Origin: Lama glama
Taxonomy: Eukaryota
NCBI GenBank assembly: GCA_028534125.1
Contig: CM052816.1
Coordinates: 22,384,001-22,448,000, forward strand
Reading direction: 5' to 3'
Length of the DNA: 64,000 bases
A model generated the notes under the pieces. It was given only the letters and a program-made list of their open reading frames with translations, had not been told where the DNA came from and made no database searches. A program made the position numbers and the translations under genes. Positions 53,433 through 64,000 of this stretch are shown piece after piece. Every line of letters starts with the position of its first letter. Within the stretch, counting starts at the first letter, position 1.

Positions 53433-54999
53433 ACAAAGTACATTGGGACTACTTGGGATCAATACCTATGAGAAGAGTAAAAGCAGCAAGGGTCAGCAAA
53501 GGGAAAAGCTGACGTGTGATGCAGTTGCAACAAAGTCCTCAGCCAGTTCTAAAAAGACCAGTGGAATTGGGATGACCTTGAATTGAGGCAAGGTGGCTGA
53601 ATCCCTAGACTCTCATATTAACTGGTCATTGGGTGAGAGCCATGCTCCGGAAACGGTGTAAGCTCAGGGGAGACAGTCCTTTCAGCTGTGGGCATTCCTC
53701 AGAAAGGGACTCAGCTGAGGGCTGTCAGAGGGAAAGGCAAGACTCCCAGAAGCTGGGGGAGGAATGCTCAGTCCTGACAGAAGAGGAGACCTCGGTGACA
53801 CTCCACGGAAACCACTCCACTGTCCAGGGCGTTCCTTCTTTCCTCAGAGAGGCCGCCCAGGACCATCCCAATTTGACAGCACCCATCTTTTATCTCCATC
53901 TAAAATTACCTTACCTATTTGTTACTTACATACTTTTTCACTGTACAAACATGTACACTTTAGAAACATAGGAACCTTGGTTATCTTGTTCATTGCTATT
54001 GCCACAGTACCAGAAAAGCAGCTGGCAGGCAAATCACTGATGTGAATAAATTTCTTCTTGAGTGAGTAAGCTCAGCCTCAGACAGGCAAAAAGCGCTTAT
54101 ACACCACACATCCTCCTTCCCTTTAGAGATGAGAACCCAAAATTATGTGCATAAAACTCTCATGAGACCTATATAGAGGGGGTGATTCTGGTGCGATGAA
54201 AAAAAGTCCTGAACTGTAAGACAGAAAAGTCAAGGAAGGCTTCCTGCTACTGAGCAAATAAATATTAACCTGGCTGAAGTTCCATCACCTATTTGGACCT
54301 TCATATCATCATCTGTTAAAAGACCTTCTATAATGCTGACATTTGACAATTCTAAGCAGAAGGCACAGGGAATATAGATAGAGAACTATTGATTAAAATG
54401 TAAGAGGATTCACTTATGCAAATATAGTATCAATTTTGCATTTAAAACAAAATAAAATTGCCTTGTTAAACAAGACAATATCACTATTGGAAAATTACAG
54501 CTCAATATGATGAACATTCTTGTTAGGTATAAATAACATAAATAACTAGAATTTGGTCAGTTGCTGATTTACTTCAAAAATAACATCTGTTTTTAACACT
54601 GTTGAAACTTAAGTGACCTCTGAAATGACTATGTAATCCCAAATAAACCTAATAACACAAATACAAATGAAAAAATAAATACTAACCAAAAATGATAATG
54701 TGTGTGTGTGTGTAGGCAATGCTGAGAGAAATATAAGATCTAATTTCATTACACATTTGAAATTTTAGAAAAAGGTCAGAAACTGTCCCCTTTAAAGGAG
54801 CTTAAAGATAATTATAATATGGATATTTAACTCATTTTAAAAATAACATAGCTAATTTAAATATCTACTTGTAAGCACGATGCAGGTATAACTAGGGAGT
54901 TAAATGTTTCAGTAAGAAGTCTTAGGAATACCCCTGAAAATGGAGATATCACATTCCAAATGAAGGTGTCCAACTGAACAAAGGTATCAAATTTCACTC

Positions 55000-56310
55000 C
55001 TTTCTAAATGTAACTAAAAATACAGTAAAGAATTAAAGTTTTTCCCATCATGCTTTTAAACAATAAGAAATTTAAAAAATTAATGCACAAAGTGAGAACA
55101 GAAAAAGAGACAACATACGTAAGTTTTTGAAAGCTGGAAAACAGATAAACGGTAAGCAACTTAGCAGAGTACAGAGCTGAATACTAAGCCAAGAAGGACA
55201 AAAACTGAGAAACAATCTGATTTTCACAGCAGAATATTCAAAGCCTTAGAAATCGGCAGTGCAAAATCCCTCTGAAATGGCGCTCAAAGGGAATGCTAAA
55301 TAATACTGATTTGATGAAAATTGTATGAAAAAGATTTCTAAACCTACTCACCATCATCTCTTTCTGGGCCACTGATTCCACTCTACCCATGATAATTCAG
55401 GACTGGAGAATGTAAAACACAGGGTGGCTAGCCTGGGGAACATAAGGCAAAGTTAAGGGCATTGGTACAATAACAAAAATAGGTAGGTTACATGATCTTA
55501 CGCAGACTGTTAGTGAGATCCCCACCCACCTCAATCCCAGAACTCTGGTAGACACTACTTTATCCTCCAAAGAGAATACAAAAGCCTTATATTTAGGGAA
55601 ACTGATGAGGCTAAGAGAAAATATCTAAAAATATTGTATATCAGAGTTCCTCAATAAACAATCTACCTAAAAAACCAAAAAACAAAACAAAACAAAATCT
55701 ATCTGATCACTCTACCAGAGAGGCTTAAACTCAATGAATCAACTCGTTTGTTATAGGCTTTCAATCAGCTGTTAAACTCTCAATGAAATGACATATAGAA
55801 ATAAGCCAAGAAAAAGGAAAATAAAGGTAGCCTGTTGGAGACAAATACAGAAGACTTAGATGAATATACCAGGTGCATGAATTGAGAGATTCAATAATGA
55901 GAAATGTCAATTTAGTGTAATCCCAACCAAATCCAGGTAGGATTTTTCTGGAGGTAGAAATTAACAAGCTCATTCAAAAATGTATATGGAAATGCAAAGG
56001 GCCAAAAATAACAAAGATAACCCTGAAGAAGAAAAACAAAACTTGAGATACTACACTTCTAGGTATCAAGACTGTCTGCAAAAATACAATGAATATGACA
56101 TTCACTGTAAATAAGACAATGTGATATTAAACAAGGATTGATAAAAACTAAGGAGCTGAACAAAAAACTGAGATACAAACACATATAGAGTTACTCTACA
56201 TATAGTGTTGCTCCAATGCAGTGAGAAAAGAATGGTCTTTCCCTCAAATTTCAGATATATAATTGACAAACAATTGAAAAAATAATAAACCTAGACCTCT
56301 CTAATCCATA
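55000..56310 (+). mobile_element. Old L1 (L1ME-like) fragments
   Basis: aacaagctcattcaaaaatgtatatggaaatgcaaagggcc and neighbouring ORF2 remnants. Confidence 0.65.
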
Positions 56311-56339
56311 TCCTATCTACTCCAGGAGTGCCCTCCTTT

Positions 56340-58060
56340 GGCATTTAGAGTAAGCTCCTAACAGACCAACCCTCACAGAAATTTTAGTAGTGGCCCAGAT
56401 GCCACCATGACTAGTCAACAAGTAATCTAGAGTTGTTTATGCCAATACGCTGAAAATGATCCGTAGTCTGTCTAAGAAAAAGGACTTCTGCCACAATTGT
56501 GGTATGTTTCTTTCAGTATTGTCTATTTGTAAGATTCTCACTATTGGGAATACTGCTCTGAACGTATAAACACTGGGTCAGTAATTCTTACAGGTAGGGC
56601 CTGAATACTCAGGGGTACCCACATTTTGGAGGTCATGTCTAAGTTGGAATTTCCATCTGTGCTGATTTATAAAATCAGATTTCAGAACACTGTTTCTAAA
56701 ACACATGAGGGGCTAGTCTGAGGCAAGCTAGACCAGACATTCTGGCTCTAAAGGAAGTAGTAGCTGGTAGGGGCACAGGAAAAAAGGAGTTATTCAAGAC
56801 ATGAGATCAAACCAACGCCCTTCTTTAGCTTGGTTACACATTTGGATCTCTATTAGTCTGTTCTAAGTGTCAATTTCTTGGCCCATCAAACAACAAAGGT
56901 TATAGAATTCATATTTAAAATTACCTCTAACGGATCAATTGTAATAATTGGTCATTTTTCTGAAAGGGGTAACCATCCAAGTCACAGGTAGGCTTTTAAG
57001 GTCATTTGTTTACGTAGGTGCAAGAGGAAATGCTGTTGGCTATAATTCCCTGTGGTCTCATTTGATGAGAGCAGAAATTGCCCAGAATTTTTTTATCCTG
57101 GGGGTCCAGTGATGGATTGCATATCCAAAAGTCAGAAGACTAAGGGTAGTGGCTACTGCTTGGGATCATCTGAGAATGGTATTAGAATAAGTATGTTCTG
57201 ACCTAACAGTTACCAGAAAGAGAAAAGAGAAATAGGGTCATTATGGATGGACCACAATAGGAGTCAAATGTAGTTGAGAAGGTAAAGTATATCCACAGCA
57301 GGTACACTTCACTATGAACAGGAGTCCTTTGGAACCTCTAGAATTAGTCCCTCTGGTGTGCATCTAATGTCACAATTCCATTTGTAAAGCAAACTTCTCC
57401 CTGTTGAAGGAGTGGTGTCACGAAGTAGGAAGCAGTATTTTTCACTCAAGGCTCAAGCAAGGACTGGGAAAAAGGTGAAGACTGTGGGTCCACCCTCTGT
57501 GTGGTACATTTATTCCAAGGAGGAGACAGTGCAAAGATGGCAGGATTTGATGTAGAAAGAGTAGTGCTGGTATCTACCAGGAATTGACGAAGTTGACCAT
57601 TTATATTTACAGTTGATGCCCTGTAAGTGTTTAAGGTGAAGGCAGTGTATCGGGTACTTTTTCCTTTCTCAGGGTGTTCTCATTGATCTGAACTGAGGGA
57701 TTTTTCTCTGTCTCAGTTTTCTTTTGTAAGACAGGTCAATGATTTTTATCTAGTTTTCTTTTTATTTATAATAGCAATGATTGTCCTTGTTAATAGATGG
57801 TCTGTTAGGAAGTGGGCCACCCACTTTTTGGTCTGTAAGGCCATAAATTCATTTGGGGCATGTCTTGTTTTGTTCTAGAGTTCTTTTGAAATACCCTGCC
57901 AGGTGTTGCAGGACTATTTCCCATTCTAATTTCTATTTTCTAATTAGGTCACAGATTTCAGGTTTAATTCCATTGACAAAAATGAAAAAAAAGGTCTGCT
58001 ATTACACTGGTGCCTTCTTTAACTCCCAAATGTTGTCAGAGACATTTTCTAGTCTATCCC
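56340..58060 (-). mobile_element. Decayed class I ERV internal region: gag capsid end, protease, env SU/TM; pol absent
   Basis: Manual minus-strand translation: FVNGIKPEICDLIRK*KLEWE (gag, 57980-57918); TVNINGQLRQFLVDTSTTLST and GRSLLYKWNCDIRCTPEGLILEVP (protease); DFWIC (env SU, 57133-57119); LDYLLTSHGGIWA (TM immunosuppressive domain, 56430-56392). Confidence 0.85.
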
Positions 58061-60421
58061 ATAAAAACTCCTGTATTTTCTATATTGGAAAATCACAGTG
58101 CAGTTTATGAAATCAAATCTCTGATAGGTCCTTCAACAACAAATTCTTTCATCACAAATAAAAGAAATATTTTGGAAAACACTGTATTATAGAAAACATT
58201 TCTGTGAACTAGAAAGATATGCCATTAATTATGATTAATAAATCATTTTATAAACTGAAATCTCAAGAGTTTGGTCATGTGACTTATTTTCACAAAGCAT
58301 GAATGCAATGGGAAAGTTGAACAATTGAACATGCGAAAGTCAAAGATCCAATTTTGAATCTTTAGTTACCCACTAACTACAGACACCCTGAAAATTTAAT
58401 CACAGCTGCAGAACAAATGCAATGTCCAAGTTTTTCTCTCTTTATTACCTCTGCCGTACTGCTGACATGTGGCATATAATTTTGAACTTGAATTGCATAT
58501 TTTCAACAAAAGAATTTTAGTGAAAAAATGTGCCTGAACTCATTACATTTTCTGACTGAGTGTTTCTAAATTCAGTGATTCCAGAAGTGTGTTCTTTAGA
58601 AGACTGTAACTGCAGGGTATGATAATAAGTATTACAAGAAAATAGGAGAGGTGGTAGGGACAGGTTGAGATCAAACCGGTTTAGAAAAAAGCAATGTGCC
58701 AATCAATGCAAAGTCATTTGGTTTTGCTTTTTCCTGTAAGTATTTTTCACAGTGCACCCATTATTTCAAGATGAAAACATGTAGTTTTACATTTTAGTAT
58801 ATAAGCCATGAAAAGTCATTAAAATGCACTGACTAATGAAATTAACAAACACATCAACTGCTCACGAAGAAGAAAATGGCTGTAAAGAAGCAATGAATAA
58901 CTGCTTAACTAGTTCATACACTTTAAAAATAAAGCCACAAAGAAAACACAACTAGACCTGTCAGGATTCTCTCTCTGCGAGTGTTGAATTCTGTGAAGAC
59001 TTCCAGCCCCAGGGGAATGAATCACTACAGCTGTCTTTCTGTCTTGCTGGAATGGCATTTATAGTCTGATTATGCTGAAATTCTTTCATAAAGCATTGAT
59101 CACGTGGTCTTTCCTTTGAGAACCTGTGGGTAAACCAAATTTACATTTATCCTAGATAACATTTAAGAAGAATACGTTTTAAATTTTAGGATTCAATTAA
59201 TGTAACTAAAGAAAAGTAAAAAAAAATCTTGCATTCATAAGATGGAGTAGCACAAGTGAGAAATTTAAGAGAATATAAGCTAGGGCAGAAAATAAAGCAT
59301 TAAAGAAGAGCATAAAACACGAAAAACAGGCAAAGAATGTTATTATTACAGAAGTTGTAGAAATAGTTACAGAAAATTGCTCAAATCTTATTCATGATGT
59401 ATTCTCCACAACCAAGCCTTCACCCCGAAGGAAAAGAAATTACATCTGAGTTTTAAGGGAAGGGAGGTATAAAATTTTTACTGGGGGGTGGAAATGAATT
59501 ATAAATTGAACTGAGCTGTCCACATTACACTATGGGTACCAGCCCCTAGTGATGTGAGGGAGGCTCTCAAAGTCTTTCTCAACCTCTCGTGGACATGCTT
59601 GGGCCCAAACCCTCACGTGATCGTTTGGAGGCTGCCTTCCTTGCTTGTTCCCAGAGATCAGACTCAGGCAAAGACTCTCTGGGCATCAGATCAGGCTGAG
59701 GCATTGGATCTTTTTTTTTTTTTTAAAGTACTGTTCAAAGCTGAAGTCATTGTAACCAGGACAATAAAACAGAAGTTACTACAAACACAACTTACAAAGT
59801 AAATAAGTAAATGAACTGAACTGAGCTGAAGCGAATATACTCCTCTGTAGAGTATACATGCCCCTGCTCCTCCCTCTTGTGTCATCCCACCTGCCCTCTT
59901 CCTTATCCTTTATGTTTTGGCGGTATTAAATCATCAAGCTGATTTCATGAGTCGGCCTCCAGATTAAGCTTTAAAATCAAGAGTGAAAGGGAAACTCAAG
60001 GCTTCTATATATGCTGTTACAACTAGTCACGGTCAGAGTCCAGGTACGTGATCAAATCCCTACCTTTAATAAGATTCCAGGGACCCAGTTGGGTGCTAAT
60101 GACTATGAGGGAGCTGCATTCAGGGTTTCAAATATCTCAACTCCATCATCTCAGGGAAACAGGAAGTACAAATATTTTTGACTAAATCACAAATAATCCT
60201 GATTGGATTGAAAAACAGCAATCTATCGGGTAATATGGAACCACAGGTAAATGAAAAAATTCTTACCTGCGTTGTGTGACGTAGCCTTTACTTGAATTAA
60301 AAATGTTCATTGCCTGTAGCTTGCTAAATGTTAAACTCTAGACTTGTGGGTCCAAAAGAATTTGTATGTTTGATAGAATATCTAAGGTCATCTGAGGACA
60401 ACTGAAAGGTCTGGTGCACAC

Positions 60422-62755
60422 TGTCAAAGCAAAAGTTGACAAAGTTAAACAGGCAAGGAAAACTTGATTCAAGGTTATTACCAATATGGAAAGGAGACCA
60501 AAAGCAGTCTGAACTTAACTCTACCGAAACAAAAGGGCGGGACAGTTTTTAAATGCTGGTGTGAGCAGGAGAACATAGGTCATCTGTGTTTGCCAACTGA
60601 CTTTACTCAAAGGAAAAATGAAGTTTCTCCCATCTTTGTGACAGAAAGTAGTTCTATAACTTGTATCAAAGCAACCACTGAAGTTAGGCTCCTATCCTCC
60701 CACAGAAACGGGAAGACAGGGCGCTACCTTCACTGATGATTATATTTGAAAGAGATGGCTCACAGGTCCTTGAGAAAGACAGTCCTGGATTGTAAAACTG
60801 ACAAGAGGCTTTTAAAAAATATTTATCACTTAAAGGAATGTAAAATAATTTAAAATAATAAGCTTCCTGAAGTGAATGATCTGAGGAAAGAGAGGTCAGA
60901 GACCTAGAGGCAGAAAGAACCCTATTTAAAGACTGGCCAACCTGAGGGTTAAGGTTAAGATCATCTTGCTCAGTCCTCTCTTTGCTTTAAGGGAAAACAA
61001 GTTTCCCATAGAACAACTGACTGAAGTGAGTCCACGTGGTTCATTTCGGCACATTTCTGTTGCTGAAGGCCTAGCTGCACCATCTGCTGAGACCTGGCAG
61101 TGGAGATTTGCTGGATGGTGCAAGCAATGAGGTATTTAATGAGGGGGATTCCTATAGAAAGGCAAAGACAAGCAAAGATTAGCGGTTGGAGCAGACTTTA
61201 AAGCCAGTTTCTGAGACCAGAGTTCAGGGAGTTGAAGAACTCCCTAGACACTGGGCTTGAAGCACAGTTAGGCGGGAGAGTGAGACAGCAGTGGCAGCTC
61301 AGCGCACGTCCCCGTCTGCACCCTGTGTGCTTTTGGTGACGACGCAGACATCAGCGAGGTTTTGGGAGTCCACAGTCGTGGTTATTTTCTGCAGCAGAGA
61401 ATGGAAGGTGTGACAGTTCCTGGGAGCTTCCTGAGTGGCCCACACAGCAGCAGCTTTGGGCACAAAGTTTGCCCAAACATGATGCGCTCTGGTATAAACC
61501 ACAAGTCATCCAGTTTCAGTTCATAAGACTTCTTCAGATCCCGGGGGGCACAGGCCAGCCATGAAGCAATACAGAATCCCCAAAACAGTCTAGACAGATT
61601 TTAGTTTTCAGTGATGCCAAGACAGGAGGACGGGAGAAAAATTGGAAATGTCATTTTGGAGACCTGTAGTCAGATACTGAAGAAAACTACAAAAATTTTC
61701 CATTTGATTAGAACTGACAATTTGTGCAAAATGACAGCACTGTGTAAAGTGCAGGTAGGTAACAAAATCACGTTACCTACAGAGACGTGAATAATAGATC
61801 AAAGACAATGAACAGGACTAGAATCTAGTAACTCACAAGGGTGAGCTATAGTTTTATATTGAAACATAAAGTTTCTCCCTACAGTCTATGCTCTCTCAAT
61901 CAGAGTAAGATTATCCTCAATCACAAAGTAAGTCTGGTCTCATTATTTGATTTGATTATTTGTGTAGGTGCAGCAAGAATGGTAACTGACTACACAGGCC
62001 TTTTAAAATTTACTTTCCTCAGAGTTTTCATAGGGAATCTCAGACTGAACTTTTAAAAGCACTGAAGCTAGAAAGCCAAGCAAAGAAATCACCAGTAGAT
62101 TTCATCTGCAGTACCTACAGATGTGGATGGCTTACTCTTTTCTTAAGGTCCCCCAAATACCCTAAGATTCCTGTGCCTGCCAGGAAGTGATCTTCCTTAC
62201 TCAGCTATAAGGCTGGGAACACTCTAAGCCAGATACCAGGCCAGTTTTCCGAAGAAAGTTTTGTAAGCATTGACTCCATAAATTAAACCTTGGTTTCTTA
62301 AACCTCTCCGGTCATTTCTGACTCAATGCACATCATTCTCAACTTTGGCATTCCAGTTAAGATCTTGGTTAGATAACCAATGTTTCCAATTACGTCCTGT
62401 TCCAAGGAGGACAGATTCTAATTGAACCTATGAAAATAATTATATTGCAATGAAAATAAGTAATCTCAGTAAGAGTTTCTGAATTGTGAAGGAATCAGCC
62501 AGGGAGAAAAAGATGAATGTTTCACTTCTGTTTACAAAAATATACTCAACTAAGTTCTTATGAGTTATAGTTTAAGAGAAAAGAGAAAGGAGTTTCTTAT
62601 ATCCGGAAAATAGAAGATCAAACACTAGCAATATTCCAAACCAAATCCATAATGATCCTTCATCAGTTCTTTCAGCATTATGTAATTAATTCTTCTCCTG
62701 CCTGATCACAGGTTAGCAGTTATGAACCCATCAGCATCTCCATTACAGTTATAGA
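60422..62755 (-). mobile_element. ERV1 (MER4-supergroup-like) 3' LTR (60422-60972) plus non-coding internal sequence
   Basis: Minus-strand TG(60972)...CA(60422) ends, with polypurine tract AAAGAGAGGAC at 60983-60973 directly 5' of the LTR. Internal sequence resembles MER4-group internals. Confidence 0.7.
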
Positions 62756-62756
62756 A

Positions 62757-63244
62757 TTTTTTTTTCCGCCACAGGTACAGACATTTATTAGCCAAAAATT
62801 GATGAGCAAGCAGGTTCAAAACTGCTTATGCTGTTCTGTTAAGTTTAAAAAAGGCCTAGCTTGCTGTCATCTTAGCTGCTCTGAAAACTACCTTGCCTGC
62901 TCAGAGGCTGACACAGCTCCAGAGTCAGGAATCTTTTGCTCCCGTGCTATTCAGCAGGCCACGGAAGTCCCCCTAACCACCAGCTGGACACAAGACTACT
63001 TAGGGCATCAAACCTGAGCTCCACCTCTAGGGGTAGAGGCTATCTTCGTTTGCTTCTTACTCCCTATTCATGCAAGAGTGAAGAGTCTCCCGTACTTGTA
63101 ACCAGTCCATGTGTCACAAGTACTTTTAACTTCATCAATGATATCCGATGTCTACACTGAATATTCATCATGCTAATCAAATTAAAAACTGGACATTTGC
63201 TTCTGACATTTAGTATGCTGACTCGCGGGGTGGAGGCTGTTGAT
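62757..63244 (-). pseudogene. Candidate retrocopied mRNA 3' UTR fragment, parent gene not recognised
   Basis: Minus strand AATAAA (62789-62784), then 18 nt, then A9 (62765-62757). Not similar to any repeat I recognise; directly abuts ERV internal sequence. Confidence 0.55.
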
Positions 63245-63245
63245 C

Positions 63246-64000
63246 TTTTTTTTTTTTAAATAGACTATTTTTTTTGAGCAGTTTCAGGTTTACAGTAGAA
63301 GTGAGCAGAAAATACAGAGTTCCCATACAACCCTCCCCACCCACACACATATACTTCCCTACCCTCAACACCCCTCATCAGTGTGGCGTATTTGGTACAA
63401 TCAATGAACCAACATGGACACGTTATTATCAACCAAATTCCATAGTTTACATTTGGGTTCACTCTTGATGTTGTACGTTCTATGCATTTTGACAAATGCA
63501 TAATGACATGTAGCCACCGCTATAGTATCATACAGAATAATTTCACTGCCCTAAAAATCCCTTGTGCTCCATCTATTCATTCCTCCCTCCCTCTTCCCCA
63601 AACTCATGGAAACCACAATCTTTTTATTGTTTCTGTAGCTTTGCCTTTTCCAGAATGTCATTTGGTTGGAAATCATACAGTTTGTAGCCTTTTCAGACTG
63701 GCTTCTTTTAGTAATATGTCTTTTAAGTTTTCCTCTATGTACTTCATAGCTTGATAGATCACTTTTCTTTTACTGCACCTAGAGTATTCTTGGTTGTAAG
63801 TTTCCCCCTTGCATCACTTTAAATGTATCGTGCCACTCCCTTCTGGCCTGTAGAGTTCCTGCTGAAAAACCAGCTGATAACCTTATGGGAGTTCCCTTGT
63901 ATGTTATTCATTGCTTTTCTCTTGCTAATTTTAATATTGTCTCCTTATCTTAACTGTTGTCAATCTGATGACTGTGTGCCTTGGTGTGTTCTTCTTTGGG
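63246..64000 (-). mobile_element. Antisense L1 3' end (~63246-63770) and L1 ORF1-region fragment (~63770-64000)
   Basis: Poly(T) then gagcagtttcaggtttacagtagaagtgagcagaaaatacagagttccc; cagctgataaccttatgggagttcccttgtatg. Confidence 0.85.

Noticed and set aside
56340..57245. Possible domesticated syncytin-like env gene
   Set aside because: In-frame stops, frameshifts, lost cysteines and a truncated TM region; no intact ORF.

Overview
Mammalian genomic DNA, probably from a camelid or another non-ruminant cetartiodactyl. This is an inference from the style of the young L1 3' tails, a Tigger1-derived MITE, and the absence of recognisable Alu, B1, Bov-tA, PRE or CAN SINEs. The window holds the head-to-head gene pair LYRM7 and HINT1. 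LYRM7 is on the minus strand with coding exons 1-4 present (18/73/71/82 nt); its last exon lies left of the window. HINT1 is on the plus strand with three exons and an intact 126-aa CDS carrying the HVHLH triad. Each gene has its own CpG island. The remaining ~42 kb is gene-free and rich in transposon remains (L1, L2, MIR, MLT1/MLT2, MER21, ERVL, MER63, ERV1), with a 500-N assembly gap. The most notable items missed by the ORF track are a decayed ERV1 with gag, protease and env but no pol (56.3-58.1 kb), a candidate retrocopied mRNA 3' end (62.76-63.24 kb), an LTR with a mutated poly(A) signal just upstream of a consensus splice donor, a twin-primed L1, and an old local duplication. I found no convincing evidence of a wholly new biological system. 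Repeat family names come from recalled consensus resemblance, not from a database search.
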